IMG/VR virus record: IMGVR_UViG_3300025687_000286
Span: 1 to 25,733 of that record
From: a virus
Lineage: Duplodnaviria; Caudoviricetes
Strand: one strand, 5' to 3'
DNA: 25,733 bases
Shown: positions 20,701-25,616 of the stretch, in pieces
Position numbering within the stretch: position 1 is the first letter of the stretch
Layout of the letters: each line of letters begins with the position of its first letter
Notes under the pieces: generated by a model
What the model was told of the DNA's origin: nothing
Database searches by the model: none
What the model saw: the letters and a program-made list of their open reading frames with translations, nothing else
Program-made: the position numbers and the translations under genes

Positions 20701-22059
20701 ATAGTGATGACATTGTTTGGTGAACCAATTCTTGAATTGGATTCCACATTAATTGATTATGGTTATAGCTATCCTGAAACAGAAATATTTGTTTCAGATG
20801 GGACCACCAACAGTTTCATTATTTCTGGTAATATTGAAAGTTCAGCCAGAGATAATATCATCGTTGAACTCAATGGACGGCGTCTACGCCCTAGCGAAGG
20901 CGTCCGACACATTGGCGATGGCACAACTGTTGAGTTTTATTTTCCAGACGGCATCCGCACAGGAACCGATCAGACATTGATTGCTGATTCAGAAGTTGTT
21001 GTATATGTGAACAATGTAAAGAAAACACTGGGCAATGATTATGCAGTATCGCTTAATGATGAGAGCTCTGAACGATATGTTATCATGTCAGTAACTCCTG
21101 ATGCTGGTGATACTGTGGATGTCTATGTAACTGGATCGGCTGACTATACAGTCAACAACATCAACAATGAACTAAAAATTGTAAGCTCTGGTATTGTATT
21201 GAGTTCCGGAGATGTTATTGCAGTAACTACGTTCAGAGATATAAGACAACAAGATGCGCTCACCGTGGTATATCAAGGACCCAAAGTAATTGAACTTCCA
21301 GTCTCAGAAGGATTAGACATTTTTGGTTTTGACAACGTGCCGTTTGACTTTACTATTGGTGTTGACTCAACCGTTAATATTTTTGAACTATATCGAACTA
21401 TTGAAAACGCTGACCGAATTTGGGTAACACTCAATGGTCGCAGATTGGTTGCGGGTGAAGATTTTGTTTTATCAACTGATGGAACCGCTATTCTTTTATC
21501 AGGAGGTGCGATCAGTGCAATCGATGTGGTTGCTATTACCACATTTACTGATAGTGTTGTACCTGATGAACTATCATTTAGAATTTTCAATGACATGCGT
21601 GGGAATGCAGCAGTATACCGTATCATACCTGACAACACAACTGAACTTGCACAAATTCTGGAACCCTGGCATGACACAGTGTATGTTGATGATGCAAGCA
21701 AGCTAGGCGAACCTAACTTACCGGCAGGTATTTTTGGTGTGGTTAATATCAATGGTGAAAGAATCACCTACAGAACACGTGACACAGTCAACAACACCAT
21801 TAGCGGACTCAGAAGAGGCACGGCCGGTACTGCGATTCAAAGACATGCTGCTTCCAGTGCAGTACAAGATCAATCACGAGGTAGTGTACTAAATCATCCG
21901 TATAATTCAATATGGTATAAAGTTGATACTACTATCCAAGTTGGTGAGTTTGATTCTGAGCCATATGATAGCGATTCCTGGGATGAAACTTCTGTAACCA
22001 ATGGTATTGCATTGCAAAAACAACAAACAACTCCAGCACGCTTCTTGAGAGGTGAGTAA
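8737..22059 (+). CDS. Giant (4440 aa) multidomain baseplate/virion structural protein in the gp7-like position
   Basis: Uninterrupted 13.3-kb ORF with GGAG at 8722-8725, directly after gp6. Contains seven FG-GAP-like repeats, about ten repeated beta-sandwich modules, two CBM5/12-like segments, GSGY repeats and dispersed FDxxxFDxxxFD motifs. Confidence 0.8.
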   Translation: MARIRSVDFLPEIFKTDVNREFLGATLDQLIQQPKLKRTQGYVGRRFGPGTNFNDGYVLEPSLQRANYQFEPAVVFKDNDGNVTDAMTYVGMLDALDVKGANTSRADRLFASQTYSWDPNIDFDKFINYSQYYWIPAGPDAVDVNVGSAALIDDFDVSATEENYYGISGLVGDNPTITLVRGGAYTFNVNQPGNPFWIQSEPGTDGTLDFSPNLSSRDVLGVVNNGDDVGTVTFNVPKSTDQNFYYGLNNIGTIDLATMARFDSIHNRLVSLVDNIDGITDLEGKTLVFLNPQQGDPEDLGWVDYTPYDSSRFDQGDPYPEIVFEPTRYITDQDERYGLYRITYVDLNGSTFIKLIKISDIDVNDKFKIGSGAEYSNTQYYKNASGFFEKIPQLTALDNILYYQDGVNPLRFGVIQLVDPESDAVINVDAILGRQTYTSPNGVVFTNGLKIRFASVTEPSFYQNNEYIIEGVGHSIELIPVADLVTPETYVNTDSELFDLSPFDTLGFDGSFNAPLNPDYLTIKRNSADSNAWSRYNRWFHRDVILATAEYNNSVANFDSDLQAKRPIIEFNAGLRLFNYGTQAKQPVDIIDLTQVDALSNVNGSTGYFVDGYQLINGTRIIFAADQDASVRNRIYTVQIVDPDDLSTEYGNIINLVPADDTQVVTDETVLCLSGNTLQGKMFRYTGAVWIEAQQKTQTNQAPLFDVFDSDGYSFGDTSVYPSNTFTGSKLFSYKQGSGRNDPVLGFPLTYLNIDNLGDIVFENNQYSDTFVYANNSTRTQRQVSDGFVRKYSSRTEYENKIGWTTSVDRNWQRQVFTFEYQGKPLLLDVAPRTDITVPGIKVYANNQFIDPDNYIITVNSPATVTFKPNTITAGTMVQVKIISDEASGIGYYEIPNSLESNPFNENANTITLGTVRNHFNRLAENIVAFDGIINGANNLRDLGDITGYGDTIVQHSAPVTPAAFFLRKEKYDFFGALQYVGTQYEKTKYLILDWVNNNDTYGMTHGEILDAALTEINAGKSNDSTFFWSDMIPAGGNYVETIHEITAITTGTFNTNNVYDFTSANQQGLLVYLNDTLLLKDYDYTVATDGPRITILTQTQTGDLLKVREYSSTLGNFIPETPTKMGLYPKYEPKIYVDNTYVEDQTVIQGHDGSIYIGFNDVRDSVLLEFEKRIYNNLKVNSDTPIVLSDVLPGKFRNTDYTDSEITEILSAELLNWVGWHKIDYKTQNYLSTNEWTWNYSRAGSTLDNTPLKGNWRGIYKNYYDTDRPHTNPWEMLGFSEMPDWWEAEYGPAPYTSGNQILWDDLEAGYIRGTNTYDSRYARAGLSAIIPVDSEGQLKNPFEFLVSNYNQSDFKKSWIAGDIGPAENAWRRSSSWPFAVQKLLALTKPAEYFALGIDRDLYTYSNTLDQYAYARRYRLDVKTIDVYNDTTPKHSYIDWIAEYNRSTGVPDTDGLNTEISELDVRLAYRMGAFTDKKYLKIFTDKSSPDSSNTSLLIPDESYDLLLYKNQSFADIQFSSVMIQRTDNGYAVYGNSQTEAYFRILESSTSGDFETITVGSTRIRIPTKFTSRVVRVPYGYTFTSINSVVDFLVSYGAFLEAAGMTFDDVENNIILSWAQMAQEFVYWADQNWVTGSLININPSASVLKHQRPLSVIDNLNNLAINERPLDQNRQPLKSDDFSIVRLDNQFKLVMLADKSLSYLRLRSTSYEHLLIMDNVSIFNDLMYQPVTGLRQQRIKIDGFTTFEWNGQLDAQGFIINQDNVSDWNANLNYNKGDIVKYKNSYWSASEKLQPTETFEYDDWIKIDYDLINKGMIPNISSKADQMTKYYDNATANLESDVDLLAFGITGFRPRDYLESLNIGDLSQINIYSDLVNHKGTPSSVKLFQGVTFDKDLAEYNIYENWAIKRATYGANDNKRFVEFSLDGQLIESNPSIIEVNTLGVDTVADQLIQIDNIYKQSNKNTTTNIFPELTEVITDVALPSAGYVNSDDIDVSIFNLDDLTSLTEQLDKVRDGAYVWVAKSNKYDWNVYRCSLLRSQPVFVYPDELTTTTIDYRVRQDNPKLVSVIDNLNGTLTLEFDLTVDLHKDELIIVKYFNDTINGAHQILSIEGTKSVTVSGSLTGSTTVATGNGIVFKLTAARVDQASDIANTEYNSNLIQGDKVWVDADINGKWKVYEKTVPFRLVQSTTAPGTTDSYNFGISLAQAFDGYGAIIGATEYTNRENASGGVYCYNKDANTYVFDSVLTLDPNKAQGYGNAVAISKNWGVAGASLSISGQGLATVIYRNPSQDIFQNWQYLTLPVSDQGNQSQEFGAAVAISEDENWIYVSAPGIASVYAYEKIVYQTQTATFTADGQTTQYDLSADLKINAAEQLTVSFNNVVQNSTGYYLSGTTLIFYGAPASGTEISVTRKNTTTKTGDGSTLAFSITELYTATSIDSFSVDIGGVLLRPYYDYTFNNSTQEITFTVAPSSGSTISIRAQDYYRYVGKISGSSNEDFGRSIKTTSDGQQIVIGAPEATNTVDGGTQNFAGKTYVYERIVERFVVTNKTTSRYTTRRSIDAPNAVRINGVKQINSINNVDSNYSIDTGSNSVTIDANPVLNTGDLIDIDINQFQLVQTLTAERSNQGAYFGSALGICRSDCSVYVSAPKDNTLLPEAGSVARFVNRSRAFGYIDSIVTNPSVTAGETIRIDNIDVQFTGTSLNQVVSDINSAVVPNVQASIVDNKLRISIINTNESPLLSKMTVMPGQGTAFETLGLQPYELTQTIVSPRPEEYSEFGSSIHVDYSATNLVVGAKKSSAFIPTVFDSSVTTFDSNTTKLSDVVPDSGAVFTFDLLSSSAYNTPGKFVFGQQIFSPDVRELDGFGTAVDFTDGLLLVTSPGYDTTLDNIGRLTVFGSSTGSAAWQPIQEQPTKVDYRLIDAVYIYDATTQAVKTYLDFIDPVNGKILGAAQQNIDIIGAVDPASYSVNNNGTYWAANHTGTIWWDTTNARFVNYNQQDLVYSSKNWGTLADGSSVDVYEWIESSVPPAQYTGAGTVKDIDQYTVISGLDQTRTITTRYYFWVKDYTTVNRKLGKTLSATAIASYIQNPQSSGIPYAAMMRKNVVALYNVNEYVDESNSILHIEYNQNFNENKVFVEYDLIREQRPKDFLSDSIYRKLQDSFCGTDTLGSKVPDINLSPDDRYGVEFRPRRSLFVDRLAALKIYITNANLLLAQQPYAELTAFNILNSKDPIPSSSSGAYDDRVADLSELSYQNLQLVSPGYKLLVESDSSNNGLWTIYQVQPDLSLMLIRVQNYNTPNYWDYADWYADGYNTLSKPSRIVDTYSELLALTVPNDTLVKVNVNSTGNWELYNYNSLTGWTRVGTQNGTIQLSDALWDYTNTGFYGFDVEIFDAQYFDQEPVTETRQIIKAINEELFVGNSVAQRNQLLVMMFNYILSEQGSIDWLFKTSLIDVEHKVRNLEKYNVYRRDNQTFVQKYIEESKPYHVKIKDFLLKYEGIDLYDGSATDFDNPAAYDSVYERYISPILDDGFAVLETDPSNRLSTDAVWNTIPWSDWYNNHLLTVDEISITNAGSGYTVPPTVNVIGDATQPAQAVALINSVGQITEIQITTPGYGYRTTPIVEITGGNGTGARATVYMKNDLVRNIKTTIKYDRYEYQSQIVDWTPDTVYNEDQLVRYNDRVYRASLADGSSIQESTFDPENYELVDASTLSGVDRTTGFYVADVNNPGLDLALLIDGIDYPGVQVQSTSFSDNTGYDIGNFDITPFDNIDYGPEGLPTYSDAILDAEYSSLFTDIYIGTRAEDINVDGGAFIDEYSSHAPEELVPGAIFDTLDMTVRTRPGHDYTGNGHASQIKGITYVYDGGNTFSFAGVVEHPVELVVFNGTTGNRLYNTRNYTIDWVNRTITITSGASSGQTVKIYVYEIGGAHQIFRKNYIGNKIGNRITVPVDINDINQALILVNGVETTAYNYAETVVGETEFTFSTSYTGNDFIVMTLFGEPILELDSTLIDYGYSYPETEIFVSDGTTNSFIISGNIESSARDNIIVELNGRRLRPSEGVRHIGDGTTVEFYFPDGIRTGTDQTLIADSEVVVYVNNVKKTLGNDYAVSLNDESSERYVIMSVTPDAGDTVDVYVTGSADYTVNNINNELKIVSSGIVLSSGDVIAVTTFRDIRQQDALTVVYQGPKVIELPVSEGLDIFGFDNVPFDFTIGVDSTVNIFELYRTIENADRIWVTLNGRRLVAGEDFVLSTDGTAILLSGGAISAIDVVAITTFTDSVVPDELSFRIFNDMRGNAAVYRIIPDNTTELAQILEPWHDTVYVDDASKLGEPNLPAGIFGVVNINGERITYRTRDTVNNTISGLRRGTAGTAIQRHAASSAVQDQSRGSVLNHPYNSIWYKVDTTIQVGEFDSEPYDSDSWDETSVTNGIALQKQQTTPARFLRGE
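15331..17420 (+). repeat. Seven FG-GAP-like (integrin-alpha-type propeller) protein repeats
   Basis: NFGISLA (15331), GYGNAVAI (15499), EFGAAVAI...VSAP (15670), DFGRSIK...IGAP (16225), YFGSALGI...VSAP (16621), EFGSSIHV...VGA (17062), GFGTAVDF...TSPG (17320). Confidence 0.8.
19432..19635 (+). repeat. Two GSGY-type beta repeats typical of T4-like virion structural proteins
   Basis: ITNAGSGYTVPPTVNVIG and ITTPGYGYRTTPIVEITGGNGTGARATV in tandem. Confidence 0.7.
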
Positions 22060-22068
22060 TCTAGGATG

Positions 22069-22076
22069 CATAAATA
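22069..22076 (+). promoter_or_regulatory. Putative phage late promoter (CATAAATA)
   Basis: NATAAATA box in the 17-nt gap after the giant gene. It has the same CATAAATAATG context as at 5293. Confidence 0.65.
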
Positions 22077-22082
22077 ATGAAA

Positions 22083-22742
22083 ATGACAGACACAAATAAA
22101 AATCATCAAAAAAATATGGATAGCAAAGAATCAAAACCTAACGAATCAAGCTCGGTGAATATTCAAGGCCATATTAAGATCTTTGATCCAAACAGCAAAG
22201 AGGTCTTTATTGATAAAAGAAATGCAATTCATTACGAAAACATGAGTGAAGCACTAGCACAGAGTTTGGCTAATAAAAATTTAGGCTATATTTACCAGAT
22301 GAGTTTTGGAAACGGCGGATCCAGTGTGGATCCCACTGGCGTGATTACCTATTTGCCCGCAAACAGTACCGGACAAAATGCAAACTTGTACAACGAAACA
22401 TTTAGCAAGGTTGTGGACGATAATAGCTCATCAAATACTGATACCAGTCGAAATAACCTGACAGTTCTACATACATCGGGGCGTGTGTACACTGATATTC
22501 TTGTGAGTTGCTTGTTGGATTATGGTGAGCCAGCAGGTCAGCAAGCGTTTGATAACAGCACCACGCTGGACGGTGACTTTGTGTTTGATGAACTGGGACT
22601 AAAAAGCTGGAATGGTTCAGCCGAAAACTTAAAACTAATCACACATGTGGTTTTTCACCCAGTTCAGAAAAGTTTGAACAGACAGATACAAATTGATTAT
22701 ACAATTAGAATTCAAACTTTGACTAATTTAAGTACAACATAA
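22083..22742 (+). CDS. Conserved baseplate / tail-fibre attachment structural protein (tail-collar fibre N-terminal-like, putative)
   Basis: The start is ambiguous (in-frame ATGs at 22077, 22083, 22116). 22077 abuts the promoter box, so 22083 is preferred. Motifs QGHIKIFD...IYQMSFGNGG...FVFDELGL...LITHVVFHPVQKS resemble fibre-anchoring domains, and it lies between the baseplate and fibre genes. Confidence 0.6.
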   Translation: MTDTNKNHQKNMDSKESKPNESSSVNIQGHIKIFDPNSKEVFIDKRNAIHYENMSEALAQSLANKNLGYIYQMSFGNGGSSVDPTGVITYLPANSTGQNANLYNETFSKVVDDNSSSNTDTSRNNLTVLHTSGRVYTDILVSCLLDYGEPAGQQAFDNSTTLDGDFVFDELGLKSWNGSAENLKLITHVVFHPVQKSLNRQIQIDYTIRIQTLTNLSTT

Positions 22743-22770
22743 ATATACATATATTTAAAATGTATAAATA
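22738..22770 (+). promoter_or_regulatory. Tandem late promoter boxes: CATAAATA (22738-22745) and TATAAATA (22763-22770)
   Basis: The second box is an exact match to the T4 late consensus TATAAATA. It is followed by GGAG (22789-22792) and ATG 22803. Confidence 0.75.
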
Positions 22771-22802
22771 AGATTATATAACGAATTTGGAGTTGAGCAG
22801 CA

Positions 22803-24167
22803 ATGGCTTATACAATTAACAAAACAAATGGTAGTATTTTTGCAACAGTTGCAGACGGTACCATTAATACAACAAGTAGCATTACCATTATCGGCAAAAA
22901 CTATGCAGGTTACGGTGAGTTTTTGGGCGAAAACTTTATTAAGATGCTCGAAAATAGTGCAAACAGCACAGCACCAACTGCTCCGTTAACTGGTCAGCTA
23001 TGGTATGATTCAGGCAACAACTTACTTAAAGTATACAGCGGATCGCAATGGAAAAACCTGGGTGCAGCAACTTCAAGTTCAAGCACACCAACTGGTAATG
23101 TTGCAGGTGATTTGTGGTTTGACTCAACTAACAGTCAGTTGAAAGTTTATGATGGATCAAATTTTGTTCTGGTAGGTCCAGCGTTTACTTCAGGAACTGG
23201 GACATCTGGTGCAATTGTTGACACTGTCAAAGATTCAGGCGGTACAGATCACATTGTGGTTAAACTTTATGTTGAAAATGATATCGTTGCTACTGTTAGT
23301 AAAGACTCAACATTTATACCGCAAACTGCAATAACTGGTTTTTCAAGTATTGCGCCGGGTGTTCAATTAAGCACAACAGTGAATAGCGGCAATGCAGTGT
23401 TTACTGGTAAAGCTACTAATGCAGCACAACTTGATGGATTTAGTGCTACTGACTACCTCAGTGCTGTTGCTAATGATACAACTGTTGGTTCACTAGGCAT
23501 CTTAAATGATTCTGGTTTAACAGTGGGTGTTGACAGTGATTTTCGACTCACTACACCACTAGGAACTGGTAATGTAATTATTGAAAATGTTATTAGTGAT
23601 GGTGATGTTATTTTCCGTGTAAACGATAATGGCTCGACTACACAAGTGCTTGTGTTTGATGGCGGCACATCAGACATTCTTCCTGGTGTTGGTGGTACCA
23701 CTAACCTGGGCGCAAGCGGAACCAAATTTAATAATGTTTATGCAAACAGTTTTGAAGGAACGGCTACATCAGCCGAGTATGCTGACTTGGCAGAACGCTT
23801 CGAAGCTGATGCTGAATACGAAGCAGGCACTGTTGTTGAACTAGGCGGCATTGCTGAAGTAACACAAGCCATTGACGAATTATCAGAAAACGTTTTTGGT
23901 GTTATCTCCGACCGTGCAGCGTACTTAATGAACGCAAAAGCAGGCACAAATGCTACACACCCACCCATTGCTATGAATGGACGTGTGCCAGTTAAAGTTA
24001 TTGGTACTGTAAACAAAGGCGACCGCCTAGTTTCAGCAGGCAATGGCTTTGCTAGAGCAGCACAAGACGGTGAAGCAACAGCACGCAATATCATTGGTCG
24101 TGCGCTAAATAGTAAAGAGACAGCAGGCGAAGGCACAGTAGAAGCAGTCGTTAAAATTAATTTTTAA
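22803..24167 (+). CDS. Tail fibre / appendage protein with C-terminal peptidase-G2-like intramolecular chaperone domain
   Basis: N-terminal GKNYAGYGE...LENSAN, two GxLW[YF]D...LKVY repeats (22992, 23106), and C-terminal YADLAERFEAD...GTVV...GVIS...GRVPVKVIG...KGDRLV...IIGRAL. Confidence 0.7.
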   Translation: MAYTINKTNGSIFATVADGTINTTSSITIIGKNYAGYGEFLGENFIKMLENSANSTAPTAPLTGQLWYDSGNNLLKVYSGSQWKNLGAATSSSSTPTGNVAGDLWFDSTNSQLKVYDGSNFVLVGPAFTSGTGTSGAIVDTVKDSGGTDHIVVKLYVENDIVATVSKDSTFIPQTAITGFSSIAPGVQLSTTVNSGNAVFTGKATNAAQLDGFSATDYLSAVANDTTVGSLGILNDSGLTVGVDSDFRLTTPLGTGNVIIENVISDGDVIFRVNDNGSTTQVLVFDGGTSDILPGVGGTTNLGASGTKFNNVYANSFEGTATSAEYADLAERFEADAEYEAGTVVELGGIAEVTQAIDELSENVFGVISDRAAYLMNAKAGTNATHPPIAMNGRVPVKVIGTVNKGDRLVSAGNGFARAAQDGEATARNIIGRALNSKETAGEGTVEAVVKINF

Positions 24168-24239
24168 GAAGCCAATCAAACCCAGCCATAACAGACATGT
24201 GTGGCGTTGGTCGGTCAACTAATACAAAGGGAAACTAAA

Positions 24240-25235
24240 ATGGCATATCAAGCAGGCGATACCATCCTAGATGATGAATACAACACATTTATTCAGGGCG
24301 GCGCGAGCGCAGTAAATCACAGCGTTGCAAATGTAAACACACTATGGGGGTCAGGCACATCTGATAAGGGGTACGGAGAAAGCACAACATTGTCTACAGT
24401 AAGTGCAGGAACAACTATTACTGCAACTCAGTGGGTAAATTTGCTAAATCGTTGTAATACAATTGCAAGCCACCAAGGCACTACATTAACCAGTATTACT
24501 AATCCAACAACTGGTGATACAATTGAAGCATACACAGCATTAAGCACAAATATTACTACACTAACCACTAACCGCGGAAATGCTGCTGCGAGTGGATCAG
24601 ACATTACCACCAATGGTACAGTATCAGGAACAACTACCTGGGACGTAAGTGCAGTAACTACTCGTACAGTAACATTTGCAAGTGCAAACGCAGCACGTTA
24701 TTTCTTCAACGCAGGTGGAATGATTCGTTTGAGTGCTAGTTTAACTGGTACTTCTGGTGATGCTAAATCTCTAGAATGGGCAGACTTACTTTCACAGTGC
24801 GGTACAATTGCATTCACAGGTGGTACAGCAACACAAACTATTGCTGGAACATCATATACTGGCACAACTAAAATTGGTGGATCAGGATCTCCAACTGTAC
24901 TAACAACCACAACTGGTTTTTATGATTTAACTCCAGGCGGTGCTGCAACAACTATTTTTACGCAATATGCAGATTCGGCTCCATACACAGCAAACTATGT
25001 TACTCTTAGTGTGGCATTAAATGCTACTAGCACTATTTTAACTTTTGTATGGGGCAATTATGATGCAGCTACAGATACTATTGCACCTGCTGCTGGCACA
25101 GGCGATGCACTTGACGTTGTAGATGGCACACTAGCGCAGGTAACAGTTGTGCGCCCTCCATCAAGCACATACCTAACAACGGCTTCATGGGGAACACCCA
25201 CAATGAACAGCACTACATGGACATATACTAGCTAA
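24240..25235 (+). CDS. Thr/Gly-rich virion structural (fibre-like) protein, 331 aa
   Basis: ATG 24240 has an AAGGG SD at 24227-24231 and begins MAY like the neighbouring gene, so it is preferred over the track's GTG at 24201. Motifs TITATQWVNL and VTFASANAARYFFNAGGMIRLS; composition is typical of a virion beta-protein. Confidence 0.7.
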   Translation: MAYQAGDTILDDEYNTFIQGGASAVNHSVANVNTLWGSGTSDKGYGESTTLSTVSAGTTITATQWVNLLNRCNTIASHQGTTLTSITNPTTGDTIEAYTALSTNITTLTTNRGNAAASGSDITTNGTVSGTTTWDVSAVTTRTVTFASANAARYFFNAGGMIRLSASLTGTSGDAKSLEWADLLSQCGTIAFTGGTATQTIAGTSYTGTTKIGGSGSPTVLTTTTGFYDLTPGGAATTIFTQYADSAPYTANYVTLSVALNATSTILTFVWGNYDAATDTIAPAAGTGDALDVVDGTLAQVTVVRPPSSTYLTTASWGTPTMNSTTWTYTS

Positions 25236-25258
25236 TTTTTTTAACTAGATACCTCCAG

Positions 25259-25284
25259 AAAGCCCCGCAAGGGGCTTTATTTTT
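25259..25284 (+). terminator. Rho-independent terminator
   Basis: AAAGCCCC-GCAA-GGGGCTTT perfect 8-bp stem with a GNRA tetraloop, followed by ATTTTT, 23 nt after the last structural gene. Confidence 0.9.
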
Positions 25285-25288
25285 GATA

Positions 25289-25304
25289 TATAATCGTGTA
25301 TAAT
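25289..25304 (+). promoter_or_regulatory. Putative sigma70-type -10 elements (two TATAAT)
   Basis: TATAAT at 25289-25294 and 25299-25304, directly after the terminator. No convincing -35 at 17-bp spacing. Confidence 0.45.
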
Positions 25305-25310
25305 ACCCCT

Positions 25311-25616
25311 ATGGATACTGAAAATATTATCAAACAATCACGAGTTAGATTTGATCATAATCAAGCCAGACAAATTCTGCGTGAAAAATACGAAGCCAAA
25401 ATGTTGTTTGCTTACAACGGTGGTATGTGGCGTGCCGGGCCGGAATTATTAATGACCATAGCAGTATGTCCGGATGAAGATTCCGTCTTAATCGACGAAT
25501 ATGGAAATCCTGTGCAAATTAACACACTAGAACTTGAATTGCTGGCACAGCAGCGTTGGCAAGAGCAAATGAATGGATGGTTAAATGAATTTCAAGAACT
25601 CAGCCATAAAAGGTAA
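25311..25616 (+). CDS. Hypothetical protein (possible tail-fibre assembly chaperone, DUF4376-like)
   Basis: 101 aa from ATG 25311; the track's GTG at 25296 lies between the TATAAT boxes and reads through the second. It follows the fibre genes. The pattern FAYNGGMWRAGPE...LIDEYGNPVQI...ELELL only loosely recalls fibre-assembly proteins. Confidence 0.5.
   Translation: MDTENIIKQSRVRFDHNQARQILREKYEAKMLFAYNGGMWRAGPELLMTIAVCPDEDSVLIDEYGNPVQINTLELELLAQQRWQEQMNGWLNEFQELSHKR

Noticed and set aside
8737-22059. Intein or intron inflating the giant ORF
   Set aside because: No intein splice-junction or LAGLIDADG motifs were recognised and the frame is unbroken. The length is explained by repeated structural modules.
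24201-24239. GTG start at 24201 given by the ORF track
   Set aside because: ATG 24240 has a proper SD and an MAY N-terminus like its neighbour, and the extension lies in the structured spacer.
187-24910. Many short minus-strand and alternate-frame ORFs in the track (e.g. 1342-1860, 3144-3533, 21273-21767, 23738-24136)
   Set aside because: All are nested in or overlap long, motif-bearing + strand genes and have no recognisable motifs. They are consistent with shadow ORFs from codon bias.
22803-25235. Diversity-generating retroelement targeting the fibre genes
   Set aside because: No reverse transcriptase and no near-identical TR/VR pair differing at adenines were seen in this window. A remote TR cannot be excluded.
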